A stretch of 64,000 bases of DNA from assembly GCA_963847705.1 (NCBI GenBank), contig CAWKBC010000030.1, positions 1 to 64,000 of the forward strand, read 5' to 3'. Shown in pieces: positions 54,240 to 63,426 of the stretch. The notes beneath the pieces are model-generated. The model was not told where the DNA came from. It was given only the letters and a program-made list of their open reading frames with translations, and did not search any database. How positions within the stretch are numbered: the stretch's first letter is position 1; each line of letters starts with the position of its first letter. The stretch is from an uncultured Pseudomonadota bacterium (GTDB lineage Bacteria > Myxococcota_A > Polyangia > Fen-1088). A program made the position numbers and the translations under genes.

Positions 54240-55939
54240 TTCAGCTCCTTGAGCCGCGCCTCGACGTCGGCGCGGCGGGCGTCGTCTTTCCCCACCGCCT
54301 GCAGGTACTGGGTGAGCAGATCCTTGGCCTTGGCCGGGACCTTGTCGAAGTCCATGTAGAGGACGCCGAGATCGTAGAGCGCGGGCGGATAGTCGGGCTC
54401 GATGTCGAGCGCGCGTTCGTACGCCTTGCGGGCCTGATCGAATTTCCCTTCGCCACGCGAGGCGACGCCCAGCGCGACCTGCGACTCGGCGTCATTGGGA
54501 TCGATCTCCACCGCCTTCTCCAGATCCGCCCGCGCCTTCTTGTAGTCGCCGCAGTCGAGGTAGACGACCGCCTTGTTCAGGCGCGCCTGGACGTACTTGG
54601 GATCGAGCTCCGAAGCCTTTTGAAAGTCCAAGAAAGCCTCCTGGTCATGACCGCGTTCGAAGGCGACGAGGCCCAGGTTGTTCCAGACGAAAGCACTCTT
54701 GGGGTCGAGATCCGACGCCTTGTGCAGCGCGGTCTCGGCAAGTTCGAACTTCCCCATTTTATAGTAGGTCAGCGCCAGAGCGTTATAGGCAATTACGGTG
54801 TGGGAGACGTCCCCACCTGCCTCCGTCAGCAGCAAACGCGCCTGTTCCAGCGATTCGTCGAGCGTCGTCGATCCTTGTTCGCCCGCTTCGCGCAGCACCT
54901 GGCTGTAACGGGCGCGCATCTCGAAGTCGTTGGGGTCGGAGGTGAGCCAGCGGGAGTAGACCTCGCCCGCTCGCTTTCTACCTTGGCCGTTCTTCGAACG
55001 ACGCAGGCTCTCACCGTAGGCCAGCACCGTCTGGCGGGCGCCGGGCTGGATGTCGAGCGCGTGCTTGAAGTCGTCGGCCGCGACGTCGAAGTTGCCGAGC
55101 GCCGTCTCGACGACGCCGAGATCGTGCCAGGCCTCGAACAGGCGCCCGTCGAGCCGCGTGGCGCGCGTCAGCGGCTCGAGCGCGTCCTTGTAGTGCTTGC
55201 GCCCGGTGCGCATGATCCGGACGCCTTCATCAAACGCCGCTTGGGCTTCGGGGCTGGTCTTGGGCAAGGCCACCGGCGCGATCGGATTGACGGCCGTCGT
55301 CCCCGGAGGCGGGGCCTTGTGGGCGCAGGCGCCCAACAGTCCCCCGCTCAGCGTCGCCACGGCCAACACCCACGCCAACGCTCTCGATCGCAGCGAAAAC
55401 CACGCGAGCGCCGGGATCACCACCTCCTCGCGCTCACGTGAACCCCGGGCCGCGCGGAATCGGGAGCCGCCCGCTCGATTCGTCTGATCCTCCGCACGGG
55501 ACTTTTTTCCGGCCGCGGTGAGCGCACCTGTCGATTCGAGGCCGCGCTCACCGCGGCCGGAAAAAAGTTCATGTGCGGAGGCGGAGGGGAGAACGAGCGG
55601 GCGACCTTGATTCCGCACATGCCCGGGGTTCACGGGCGGCGCGTTTACGCGCGGCGAGTTCAGGTTCGGTATCGCGCCGACTGGGACAGAGCGCGCGGCC
55701 GATGCGCGAAGCGCGAGGCCCGTGAGGCGTGCCGATGCGCGAAGCGCGAGGCCCGTGACGCCCGCGCGACATGCCGATGCGCGAAGCGCGAGGCCCGCGA
55801 GGCCCGTGAGGCGTGCCGATGCGCGAAGCGCGAGGCCCGCGACGCCCGCGCGACATGCCGATGCGCGAAGCGCGCGGCCCGCGCGGCCCGCGCGGCCCGC
55901 GACGCCCGCGCGGCCGCGGGTGGGGCGTCTATTGATCAC
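54236..55939 (-). CDS. GltE-like TPR lipoprotein; conserved part starts near 55420, true start uncertain
   Basis: Lipobox LLGAC then multiple TPRs. The frame is open to GTG 55939, which has a GGAGGT SD 5 nt upstream; GTG 55420/55423 is the alternative. Confidence 0.75.
   Translation of the reverse strand: MINRRPTRGRAGVAGRAGRAGRALRASACRAGVAGLALRASARLTGLAGLALRASACRAGVTGLALRASARLTGLALRASAARSVPVGAIPNLNSPRVNAPPVNPGHVRNQGRPLVLPSASAHELFSGRGERGLESTGALTAAGKKSRAEDQTNRAGGSRFRAARGSREREEVVIPALAWFSLRSRALAWVLAVATLSGGLLGACAHKAPPPGTTAVNPIAPVALPKTSPEAQAAFDEGVRIMRTGRKHYKDALEPLTRATRLDGRLFEAWHDLGVVETALGNFDVAADDFKHALDIQPGARQTVLAYGESLRRSKNGQGRKRAGEVYSRWLTSDPNDFEMRARYSQVLREAGEQGSTTLDESLEQARLLLTEAGGDVSHTVIAYNALALTYYKMGKFELAETALHKASDLDPKSAFVWNNLGLVAFERGHDQEAFLDFQKASELDPKYVQARLNKAVVYLDCGDYKKARADLEKAVEIDPNDAESQVALGVASRGEGKFDQARKAYERALDIEPDYPPALYDLGVLYMDFDKVPAKAKDLLTQYLQAVGKDDARRADVEARLKELK
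55437..55634. repeat. 198-bp imperfect palindrome (MITE-like)
   Basis: Nested inverted segments: cgtgaaccccgggc, gcggaatc, cgcccgctcg, cctccgcac and a perfect 25-bp arm (55501-55525 / 55544-55568) around an 18-nt loop. Confidence 0.9.
55698..55915. repeat. Tandem array of five gccgatgcgcgaagcgcg units
   Basis: Units at 55698, 55731, 55773, 55815 and 55857 (periods 33, 42, 42, 42), followed by 9-bp gcggcccgc repeats. Confidence 0.9.
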
Positions 55940-58900
55940 GTCGCACCTCCTCGATCCGGTCGAGCGTCACCCGTGGCTCGCCTGGGCGGGTGGAGAGCCG
56001 CAGCTCGGCCTCCTTGGGGAATTCGTTTTCGGCCAGGCGCCCCAGCGCCTGCCGGATCGCTTGCGTGTGCTTGTTGTAGACGCCGATCTGCAGCGCGCGC
56101 GCGTAGCCGGACTTGTAGGCGTCGATCGCCTTGTCCTCGATCACCACGATGACCTTCTCCAGCTCGTCGCGGTACATCTGCTTCTCGTCTTCCTTGAGGT
56201 CCTTCGGGACCGGCGCGTTGCGCATCGCCTTGGCGAAGGCCTCGTAGCCCTGGCCGATGCGCAGCAGCGAGGCCGTTGCCCACTCGGGTGACTTGTAGGT
56301 GACGACGTCGAGATAGATCGACTTCGCCTCTTCGAGCCGCTTGGCCTTCTCCTCGAGGACCTTGGCGAGCTGCCTCGGCTTGCCGGCGATCTTGATCTTC
56401 TCGTAGTCGAGGTAGGCCAGCTCGCCCTGGATGTAGCGGGCCTCGGCGGCGTAGTAGCTTCCTTCGTCGCTCCCCTTGCCGTGCTTGCCGTAAGCGGCCA
56501 GCGCCTTGGCGGCGGTCTCCTTGGCGGCGGCGTCGTTGCCGGCCTTGAGGTGCGCATCGGCCTCGCGGGCCAGCGCCTCGACGGTCTTGCCGTCGCCCGG
56601 GTAGACCTTGCTGAAGGCGGCGAACGAGGCGGCGGCGCCGCGCCAATCCTTCTGATCCTCGCGCACGACGGCGGCCTGAAAGGCGACGTCCTTGGCGTCG
56701 GGGCGGTCCTTGTAACGCCTGGCATACTCGCCGTAGTGCTTGATGGCCCGGTCGTGCTGGCCCAGGCTCTGGCGCAGGACGCCGGCGGAGCGGAGCGCGT
56801 CGGCGGCGTGGCTGTTCTGCGGATACTTCGCGGCCAGCTGTTCGTAAAGGCCGGCGGCCTTGTCGTAGTAGGCGATGTTCTCCTCGATGCGGGCGGCGGT
56901 GAAGAGCGCCTCGGGGGCCTCGCTGGCCGCGGGATACGTGTCGGCCAGCTGCTTGTAGGCGGCGACCGCCTCGTCCTGCTTCTTCTCCTTTTCGTAGACC
57001 ACGGCCGCGTTGTTGAGCGCCTTGGGGGCGTAGCCGTTCTGCGGATACTCGTTCGGCACCCGCAGGAAGAAGGCGGCCGCCTTGTCGTACTCGCCGCTCT
57101 GCGCGTACTTCTCGCCCGACTTCATGACCGCGCCGACGATCAGCTTGTCGAGGCGATCCTGCTCGTCCTTCGAGGCGAAAGCCTTGGTCTTCTTGAGGCG
57201 GCGCGCCCAGCTCTCGATGTTCTCGTAGTCCTTGGCCTTGCCGAGCGCCTGCAAGATGCGATCGCCGGCGGCGCCCGCGTTGGGGTCGTCGGGGTAGCGC
57301 TCGACGATCAGGCCGAACCGCTTGACCGCCTCGTCGTAGTCGCCGTAGTCGAAGAAGAACTGCCCGTTCTTGTAGATGACGGTGACGATCTCCTTGTCGT
57401 TGGGGAAAAGCGTGGCGTAGAGGTCGGCCGCCTCGCCGAACAGGCGATCGCTGTCGGTGATCTCGCGCTTGCCGGCGCCGGCGCCGTTGCTGGGGATCGG
57501 CTTGCGGACCTTCTCGAAGGCCCCCATCGATTGCAGGAGCGCGTCCTTGTGGTACTTGCCGACCGGCTGGGTCTTGCCGACGGCCAGGTACTCGCGGCCG
57601 GCGTCCTCGTATTTGCCGAGCTTGAAGTAGAGGATGTCGGCGCGCAGGTAGCGCAGCTCGGCGGCGTCGAGCGCCTCGGGGAAGTTGGCCAGGTAGAACT
57701 GGTAGGCCTCGGCGGCGCGCGCGTAACGATCCTTGTCGACGACCTTGGTCGTCTTCTCCGTCTGCTGCGCCTCGGCGTGCATCGTCTTGGCCAGGTTGCG
57801 GATCAGCCCCTCGGCCATGGTGCGGGCATGCTCGACCGCCTTCGGACGATCCTTGTTGGCGGTGGCCCAGGCGCTGCGGGGGCCGTAGTCGCCGGCCAGC
57901 TTCCGCATCTCCTCGACGGCGGTCTTGGTGTCGCCGAGGAGCTGATACCCCTCGACGATCTTGCCGGCGTGGTCGGGGGCGTCGCTGGCGTTGGGATCGA
58001 GCTCGATGAGCAGCCGATAGGCCTCGACCGCGCGCTCGTAGCGGGTCTGGTCGAAGACCGTGTCGGCCAGCTGCTTCAGAACCTTGCGCGAGTATTGCTT
58101 GCCGCCGATCTGGGCCAGGAACTCGAAGGCGTCGCGGGCCGTCTTGGTGTCATCCTCCGTGAAGAGCTCGACCAAATAGTCGAGCGCCTCGCCCTGCAGC
58201 TCCTCGGCCCGCTTCTGCTGCTCCTCGCTGCGCCCCGCCTTCTTCTTGGCGAGATCGAGCACGTCCTTGAACCGCAGCGCCGACTTGGTGGTGTCGCCCA
58301 GCTTCCAGTAGCACCAGGCGGTCTTGAACAGCGCCAGATCGTAGAGCGTCGACTGGGGGTGCTCGAGGACCTTCTCGTAGGCCTCGAGGGAGGTCTTGTA
58401 GTCCTGCTGCTCGTAGAAGCGGTACTCGGCGATCGCCATCCAGGCGTCGGCGATGTAGCGGGAGCGCGGGTACTTATCGAGGATGATCTGGAAGTACCTG
58501 ATCGACTCGCCCAGCTTCCCCTGATCGCGCAGCGAGAAGGCGTAGAGGTAGATGACCGTGTCGATCTTGCGGAACTTCGGGTACTGGTCGATGAGCTGCA
58601 GGTAGGTCGCCTGCGCGCGGCTCAGATCGATGGTCGGCGGGCGGTGCGGAACCTTCGGGCATTCCGCGCGATCGGCGTGACAGGCCGACACCGCCGCCTG
58701 ATAGCGCCCCATCTTCTCGAGGTAGACCTCTTTCGACTCCTCCCAGTAGAGCTCGGCCAGCTTGTAGAGGGACTCCGCCTGCTCCTTGGCGCGGAAGCCG
58801 GCCGACCCGCGCGGGTTCTCATGCAGGTAGGCCTCGAGGAGGCGGATCGCCTCCCGCCGCGCCTCGGTGATCTGCCCTTCCTTCTCTTCCAGCGCCTTTT

Positions 58901-59114
58901 GCAGGATCGGCGGCAGCGTCTTCTCGGGCTCGCTCGCCTTGTCGTCGTCGCCCTTGCCGCCTTTGCCGTTCTTGTCGGCGGGCCTGTCCGCCGCGGCGAA
59001 CGCGGTTCCGCGCGGCGCCAAGAGCGGCAACGTCAGCGCGAGCGCACCGACGATCGACAGGGCGAAGCGCCGCGACCGGGCGAGGCCCGCTCTATTTGAA
59101 GTTCTCGTACTCAT
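55929..59114 (-). CDS. GltD/AgmU-like large exported TPR protein
   Basis: Signal peptide, extensive TPRs, C-terminal YRDELE......EDKAI..Y...L...GVYN. Confidence 0.8.
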   Translation of the reverse strand: MSTRTSNRAGLARSRRFALSIVGALALTLPLLAPRGTAFAAADRPADKNGKGGKGDDDKASEPEKTLPPILQKALEEKEGQITEARREAIRLLEAYLHENPRGSAGFRAKEQAESLYKLAELYWEESKEVYLEKMGRYQAAVSACHADRAECPKVPHRPPTIDLSRAQATYLQLIDQYPKFRKIDTVIYLYAFSLRDQGKLGESIRYFQIILDKYPRSRYIADAWMAIAEYRFYEQQDYKTSLEAYEKVLEHPQSTLYDLALFKTAWCYWKLGDTTKSALRFKDVLDLAKKKAGRSEEQQKRAEELQGEALDYLVELFTEDDTKTARDAFEFLAQIGGKQYSRKVLKQLADTVFDQTRYERAVEAYRLLIELDPNASDAPDHAGKIVEGYQLLGDTKTAVEEMRKLAGDYGPRSAWATANKDRPKAVEHARTMAEGLIRNLAKTMHAEAQQTEKTTKVVDKDRYARAAEAYQFYLANFPEALDAAELRYLRADILYFKLGKYEDAGREYLAVGKTQPVGKYHKDALLQSMGAFEKVRKPIPSNGAGAGKREITDSDRLFGEAADLYATLFPNDKEIVTVIYKNGQFFFDYGDYDEAVKRFGLIVERYPDDPNAGAAGDRILQALGKAKDYENIESWARRLKKTKAFASKDEQDRLDKLIVGAVMKSGEKYAQSGEYDKAAAFFLRVPNEYPQNGYAPKALNNAAVVYEKEKKQDEAVAAYKQLADTYPAASEAPEALFTAARIEENIAYYDKAAGLYEQLAAKYPQNSHAADALRSAGVLRQSLGQHDRAIKHYGEYARRYKDRPDAKDVAFQAAVVREDQKDWRGAAASFAAFSKVYPGDGKTVEALAREADAHLKAGNDAAAKETAAKALAAYGKHGKGSDEGSYYAAEARYIQGELAYLDYEKIKIAGKPRQLAKVLEEKAKRLEEAKSIYLDVVTYKSPEWATASLLRIGQGYEAFAKAMRNAPVPKDLKEDEKQMYRDELEKVIVVIEDKAIDAYKSGYARALQIGVYNKHTQAIRQALGRLAENEFPKEAELRLSTRPGEPRVTLDRIEEVRRDQ

Positions 59115-60906
59115 CCGACCAGTACTCGCCCTCGAACGGCCAGTACTCCTCGTCATCGCCCATCAACCCCTCGAGCTGGAGGGTGGCGAACAGCTCAGCC
59201 GGGTAGCGGCCGTCGCGCAGGTGCTCGACCTCGATCTCCAGCTTCTTCTTCTTGCCGATGATGGCGTCGATCTGGGTGAGCCGCGCCTGCCGGAGCAGAT
59301 CGCGCAGCCGCTTGTCCAGATCCGCCAGCGCCTTGCCGGCGATGAGCCCTGTCGCCGTGACCAGGTGCGCGCGCAGCTTCCGTGCCTCGGCGCCCAGGGC
59401 CAGCGTCGCCGCCGCCTCCTTGGCGAAGGGGCCGCTGCCGACGTTCTTGAGCCGCGCCGCCCGGTGCGCCTCGTCGGCGAGCTGGCTCACGCGCTCTTCC
59501 ATCTCCGGATCGCCGGCGGCCAGCGGGCGCAGCGACTCGACGTCCTGCACCAGGCGCACCGCCTCGGTGGCGTCGACCCCCTCGGCCTGGCCGTCGATCT
59601 GCGCCTTCTGGTGCGCGGTCAGCTCGTCCCAGATGGCGACCTCGTTGGGGATCCGGCCGGCCTCGCGATCGAGCGCCTGAATGTCGCCATAGAACTTGTA
59701 GAAGCGCGGGTCGACCTTGAGCAGATCGGCGATCGGATCGTGCGGCGTGGCGATCGAGGCCTTGCTGAGCAGCCGCCGGTAGAGCGCGCCGCGCTTGGCC
59801 GGGTCCTTGAGCAGCGCCGCCACCTGCACCTCGATCGGGCCGTAGACCTGCACGAACCTCTCCAGCGTGGCCCGCACGGTGTCGAACTGGCAGGACTTGA
59901 GGTCGATCATCGCGTGCAGCAGCATCACGTCGGGCGCCAGCGGCGAGGCGGGGAAGTTGTGGTCGAACTCCTCCAGAAACGCGCGGGCCGCCTCGTACTC
60001 CCCCTTCTGGAACATCGACCACGACGCCTCGAAGAGGGCGTCGGGCAGGCGATCGGAATCGGCGGGGACCCGGAAGTAGAAGTAGTAGGCGTCGTCGTAC
60101 TTCCCCTGCTCGTGGGCGATCCGGCCGAGCGCCAGATAGGCCAGGTCCTTGACCGCGAAGTAGCGGCCGTCGATGAAGAAGGTGAAGCGGTCCTGGTCGG
60201 CCTGCTCGACGATCTCGCACAGGTTGCGGCGGGCCGAGGCGAAGTGATTCTGGCGGGCCTGGATGAGGCCGCGGAAGTAGAGGGCGGCCGCGTAGAAGCG
60301 CGACTGGCGGTCGACCGCGGAGAAGAGCGCCTCGGCCTGGGCGGCGGCGCCGGTCTCGTAGGCGACCTTGCCGGCCAGGTAGGCGTGCTCGGCGGCGCTG
60401 TCGCGGGGCAGCGCCTCTCCGCGGGCCTGATCGTAATGATCGAGCACCGCGAGCATCTCGGCCTCCTCCTTGGTCTCGAGCGCGATGTCGACCAGGGCGC
60501 GGTAGGCGGGGGCGAACTGCGGGGCCTGGGGTCCGCGGGCGAGAACGCGCAACAGGTAGCGCTCGGCGCTCTTGGTTCCGCCCGCACGGATGAGGGCGCG
60601 CGCCAGGGTCAGCTCGGCGGTGGCGTAGTCGGGCGCGTACTCGAGCTGAACGTAGCGCTGCGACTCGACGATCTTGTAGAGACGGACGCTGGCGATCTCG
60701 GCGTTGCCGGTGACCAGATCGTCCTCGGCGGCGGCCAGCTCTTCGCGCAGCTTGTCCAGCGTCGCCGGCGTCTTGTCGCCGCCGAGCACGCCCGCCTTCT
60801 CCAGGTCGGTGAGATAGCGCGCCATCGGGTCGCCGGCCTGTGGCTGTGCCTTCGCCGTTGGGGCCTCGGCGGGCTGGCAGAGCAGGGTGACCAGGAGCGC
60901 GATCAT
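59092..60906 (-). CDS. GltC-like exported TPR protein
   Basis: TPR-like helices, ALFEASW, terminal [14 protein letters not shown] motif. Confidence 0.8.
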   Translation of the reverse strand: MIALLVTLLCQPAEAPTAKAQPQAGDPMARYLTDLEKAGVLGGDKTPATLDKLREELAAAEDDLVTGNAEIASVRLYKIVESQRYVQLEYAPDYATAELTLARALIRAGGTKSAERYLLRVLARGPQAPQFAPAYRALVDIALETKEEAEMLAVLDHYDQARGEALPRDSAAEHAYLAGKVAYETGAAAQAEALFSAVDRQSRFYAAALYFRGLIQARQNHFASARRNLCEIVEQADQDRFTFFIDGRYFAVKDLAYLALGRIAHEQGKYDDAYYFYFRVPADSDRLPDALFEASWSMFQKGEYEAARAFLEEFDHNFPASPLAPDVMLLHAMIDLKSCQFDTVRATLERFVQVYGPIEVQVAALLKDPAKRGALYRRLLSKASIATPHDPIADLLKVDPRFYKFYGDIQALDREAGRIPNEVAIWDELTAHQKAQIDGQAEGVDATEAVRLVQDVESLRPLAAGDPEMEERVSQLADEAHRAARLKNVGSGPFAKEAAATLALGAEARKLRAHLVTATGLIAGKALADLDKRLRDLLRQARLTQIDAIIGKKKKLEIEVEHLRDGRYPAELFATLQLEGLMGDDEEYWPFEGEYWSDEYENFK

Positions 60907-61604
60907 TTTTCCGTCTTCAGCTCGAGCTCGATCTCCGGTTCGTACCCGGGGAGATCGCCATCGTCGTCGGCGGTGAACGCCACGGTGGTCGTCCCGGCGT
61001 CGGGGACCTGGACCACGAACGTCTGTTCGGATTCGTAGCCCAGATCGGCGTGTTCCTTTTCGCCCTTCTTCCCGGGGCGGACCTCGATCTTCACCGTGAC
61101 CGTGTGCGGCCCCGGCTTGATCGGCCGCTCCGACACCTTGATGAGCTCGTCGACCAGCGGCTTTTCACCGGAGTCCCAGATGGAGTTGCCGTCGAGGCGG
61201 ATCTCCGCCCGGTGGAGGATGAAGTCGGGCGCGCCCTTCCAGCGCAGGGTCGCCCCCAGCTTGGAGGCATAGATCCCCTCCTCGACCAGCTCGGCCCGGG
61301 CGCGGGCGCGGAACAGCTCGTCGCGCAGGCGATCGTACTCCGCCCGCAGCTTGGCGAGGTCGATGGTGGCCGCCACGGGCGGGGCCGTCTCGTTGGCGCC
61401 GTTTCCGCTGCTGGCGCCGTTTCCGCTGCCGGCCGGCGGCGCGGCGCTCTTGTCGGCGGGGTGCCCGGCGTCGGGACTCCCCGAGGTCGCCTCGGCGCTG
61501 GAATCGTTCTTTCCCGCCTTGGCCGCGCGCGCCGGGAGGGCGCCGGCCGTCAGCGAAACGAGCGGCAACGCGATCACCAATGTCGATAGCCTGGGCAGCT
61601 TCAT
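60903..61604 (-). CDS. Exported hypothetical protein (coiled coil plus beta-sandwich)
   Basis: Signal peptide; LRDELFRARAR coiled coil; LDG...IKPGPH.V; ATGA-coupled to gltC-like. Confidence 0.7.
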   Translation of the reverse strand: MKLPRLSTLVIALPLVSLTAGALPARAAKAGKNDSSAEATSGSPDAGHPADKSAAPPAGSGNGASSGNGANETAPPVAATIDLAKLRAEYDRLRDELFRARARAELVEEGIYASKLGATLRWKGAPDFILHRAEIRLDGNSIWDSGEKPLVDELIKVSERPIKPGPHTVTVKIEVRPGKKGEKEHADLGYESEQTFVVQVPDAGTTTVAFTADDDGDLPGYEPEIELELKTEK

Positions 61605-61609
61605 CGTCG

Positions 61610-62374
61610 TTACTCCGTGAAGGGGACGTACATGCTCACGCCGACGGTGGTGGTGAGGTCGTTGACGACCATCACCTGGGAGAGCAGCTGTTGCCGGTAG
61701 ACGTGGTCGCGCACGTCGAAGCGAATGGCGAAGATGTGCCCAAGAAAAAATTTCAACCCGAAGCCGCCGTTGCCGGCCAGATCTTCAGAGAGGACCGAAT
61801 CGACCAGACCGCCGCCCAGCGCCAGGTAGAAGTCGAAGTGGGTGATCGAGCCGCCGAGGCGCATCTTGGCGTGCGCCGGCACCCAGATCAGGTCGGCGTC
61901 GAAGTAGAGCTCGGTGCGCGGCTTGCCGGCCAGCACGCTGAAGGTCCGCTCGAGCTCGGGGCCGCCCGACGAGGTGAGGCGCGTGTATGCCGCCGACGCC
62001 TCGACGCCGAGGTCCTCGGTCATGTGATAGGTGTAGGCGCCACCGAAGGTGTAGGTGCCGTCGAAGAGATCGGAGACGTAGTAGCCACCCTGCAAGGTCA
62101 GCTCGTGGCGGTTGGCTTGCTGAAAGAGACGCTCGCGGCTGGTGCGCTGCTTTCGCTTGGCGAAGAGATCCGCCTTGATGTTCTCGTCGATGCAGGCGTC
62201 TTGGTGTTCGGGACCCTGAGAGGGTCCCGCGCCCCCCGCGATGGGCTCGGACGAGCTGAGCTCGTCCTCCCCCGACGCGATCCCGCCTGGCTGTGCGTCG
62301 TCGGCCGCCGCGCTGGTGGCGGTTCCAGCCAGCAGCAGGGCGGCGCCGACGGCGATGAGACCTAGCCTAGCCAT
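61610..62374 (-). CDS. GltA/GltB-like outer-membrane beta-barrel protein
   Basis: RHEL...GG.Y.SD, G.YTYH.TE, W.P.HAK, HFDFYL..GGG, GFGLKFF, RFDVRD. Confidence 0.8.
   Translation of the reverse strand: MARLGLIAVGAALLLAGTATSAAADDAQPGGIASGEDELSSSEPIAGGAGPSQGPEHQDACIDENIKADLFAKRKQRTSRERLFQQANRHELTLQGGYYVSDLFDGTYTFGGAYTYHMTEDLGVEASAAYTRLTSSGGPELERTFSVLAGKPRTELYFDADLIWVPAHAKMRLGGSITHFDFYLALGGGLVDSVLSEDLAGNGGFGLKFFLGHIFAIRFDVRDHVYRQQLLSQVMVVNDLTTTVGVSMYVPFTE
62209..62282 (-). repeat. Dispersed structured repeat, copy 4 (in-frame after the signal peptide of the barrel gene)
   Basis: Encodes IASGEDELSSSEPIAGGAGPSQGP; close match to copy 1. Confidence 0.88.
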
Positions 62375-63210
62375 AGGCTCAGCCCCGCGAGGACGGTGAC
62401 GTTGTTGGTGATGCGCCCGCGTCCCAGAACCTCCTGCGGCAAGAGAAAGTCCCGCAGGTCGAGCCGGAAGGAGAAGAACCGGTTGAAGTAGAGCTTGGCG
62501 CCGACGCCGGCCTCCCAGGTCAGCCCCAGCACGCTGGGGTCGGCGGTGCGGCCGGCGCCCACCACCGCGAACAGATCGCCGTGGATGATCGTCGTGTCGC
62601 TGAACTTGAACTTCGCGTGAATGGGCGACCAGAGCAGCGACGCGATCCCTTGCCAGGCGACGGTGGGCGAAAAGTGGGTCTGCTGGTCGAACGCCGTGAA
62701 GGGCTGCTCCAGCCGAAACTGCATCGGCGTTCGGGTGAGGAGAAACTCGAGGCCGAAGTCCTCCGACGGATAGAAGGCGACCGCGCCGCCGTAGCTGTAC
62801 GTCGACGACAGCGCGTCGGAGGCGTAGAAGCCGCCCAGCCCCGACAGCTCGAAGCGGTGCTTCTTGAGAAAGTCGCGGCGCTGGACTCCCTTGCGTTTGC
62901 CGCCGGTGGCGTCCCCTTCCAGGCAGGCGAGCCCGTGCAGCGCCGACTCGGCCGACTCTGCCTCGTCCCCGCCTTCGTCGTCGTTGTCGCCCGAGGCCTC
63001 TTCGCTCGATTGACTGGTCGCGGAGGAGGCGTCGCGCGCATCGCTGGCCGGCGTCGCGTCGTCGTTGTCGCCGCTGTCGCCGCTGTTGTGGTCCGCGGTC
63101 TCGAACGGGTTGTCCGTCGGCTTAGAGCCCGCCCCCGGGGGCGCGGCCAACGCCGAGGTCCCGTTGGTGAGCCCGTAAGCCAGAGCGATCACGACTGTCG
63201 CACGTACCAA
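62362..63210 (-). CDS. Second GltA/GltB-like outer-membrane beta-barrel protein
   Basis: GVQRR.FLK..RFEL, WSPIHAK, HGDLF...GAG, RLDLRD; acidic N-terminal linker; paralogous to the adjacent gene. Confidence 0.8.
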   Translation of the reverse strand: MVRATVVIALAYGLTNGTSALAAPPGAGSKPTDNPFETADHNSGDSGDNDDATPASDARDASSATSQSSEEASGDNDDEGGDEAESAESALHGLACLEGDATGGKRKGVQRRDFLKKHRFELSGLGGFYASDALSSTYSYGGAVAFYPSEDFGLEFLLTRTPMQFRLEQPFTAFDQQTHFSPTVAWQGIASLLWSPIHAKFKFSDTTIIHGDLFAVVGAGRTADPSVLGLTWEAGVGAKLYFNRFFSFRLDLRDFLLPQEVLGRGRITNNVTVLAGLSLWLG

Positions 63211-63366
63211 CGCGGAAAAATCGTAGCCCTAGCGCACTGCGCTTGGCAAGGTTCGTCATTCGTCGTTCATCCTTTTGTGCGACGGAAAATGAAGATCTTT
63301 GCAGTGCGGGTAAGATGCTTCACGACGTGCTCGACCGGAAGGTGGGCGACGAAATGACGGAACGGA

Positions 63367-63411
63367 ATGTGGCGCAACCGCGGCGCAACAAGCGGAGCGA
63401 TGTGGCGCAAC
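63367..63411. promoter_or_regulatory. Repeated atgtggcgcaac boxes in a divergent promoter region
   Basis: Exact 12-mers at 63367 and 63400 with cggcgcaaca at 63381 between them. Confidence 0.4.
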
Positions 63412-63426
63412 GTGCGCGACGTGAGC

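Noticed and set aside
55698-55915. CRISPR array
   Set aside because: Spacers are short and themselves repeated, and no cas genes are present.
56481-61038. Long antisense ORFs (for example 872 aa and 723 aa) and similar shadow ORFs across the window
   Set aside because: Expected mirror frames of high-GC genes; no motifs; they lie opposite well-supported genes.
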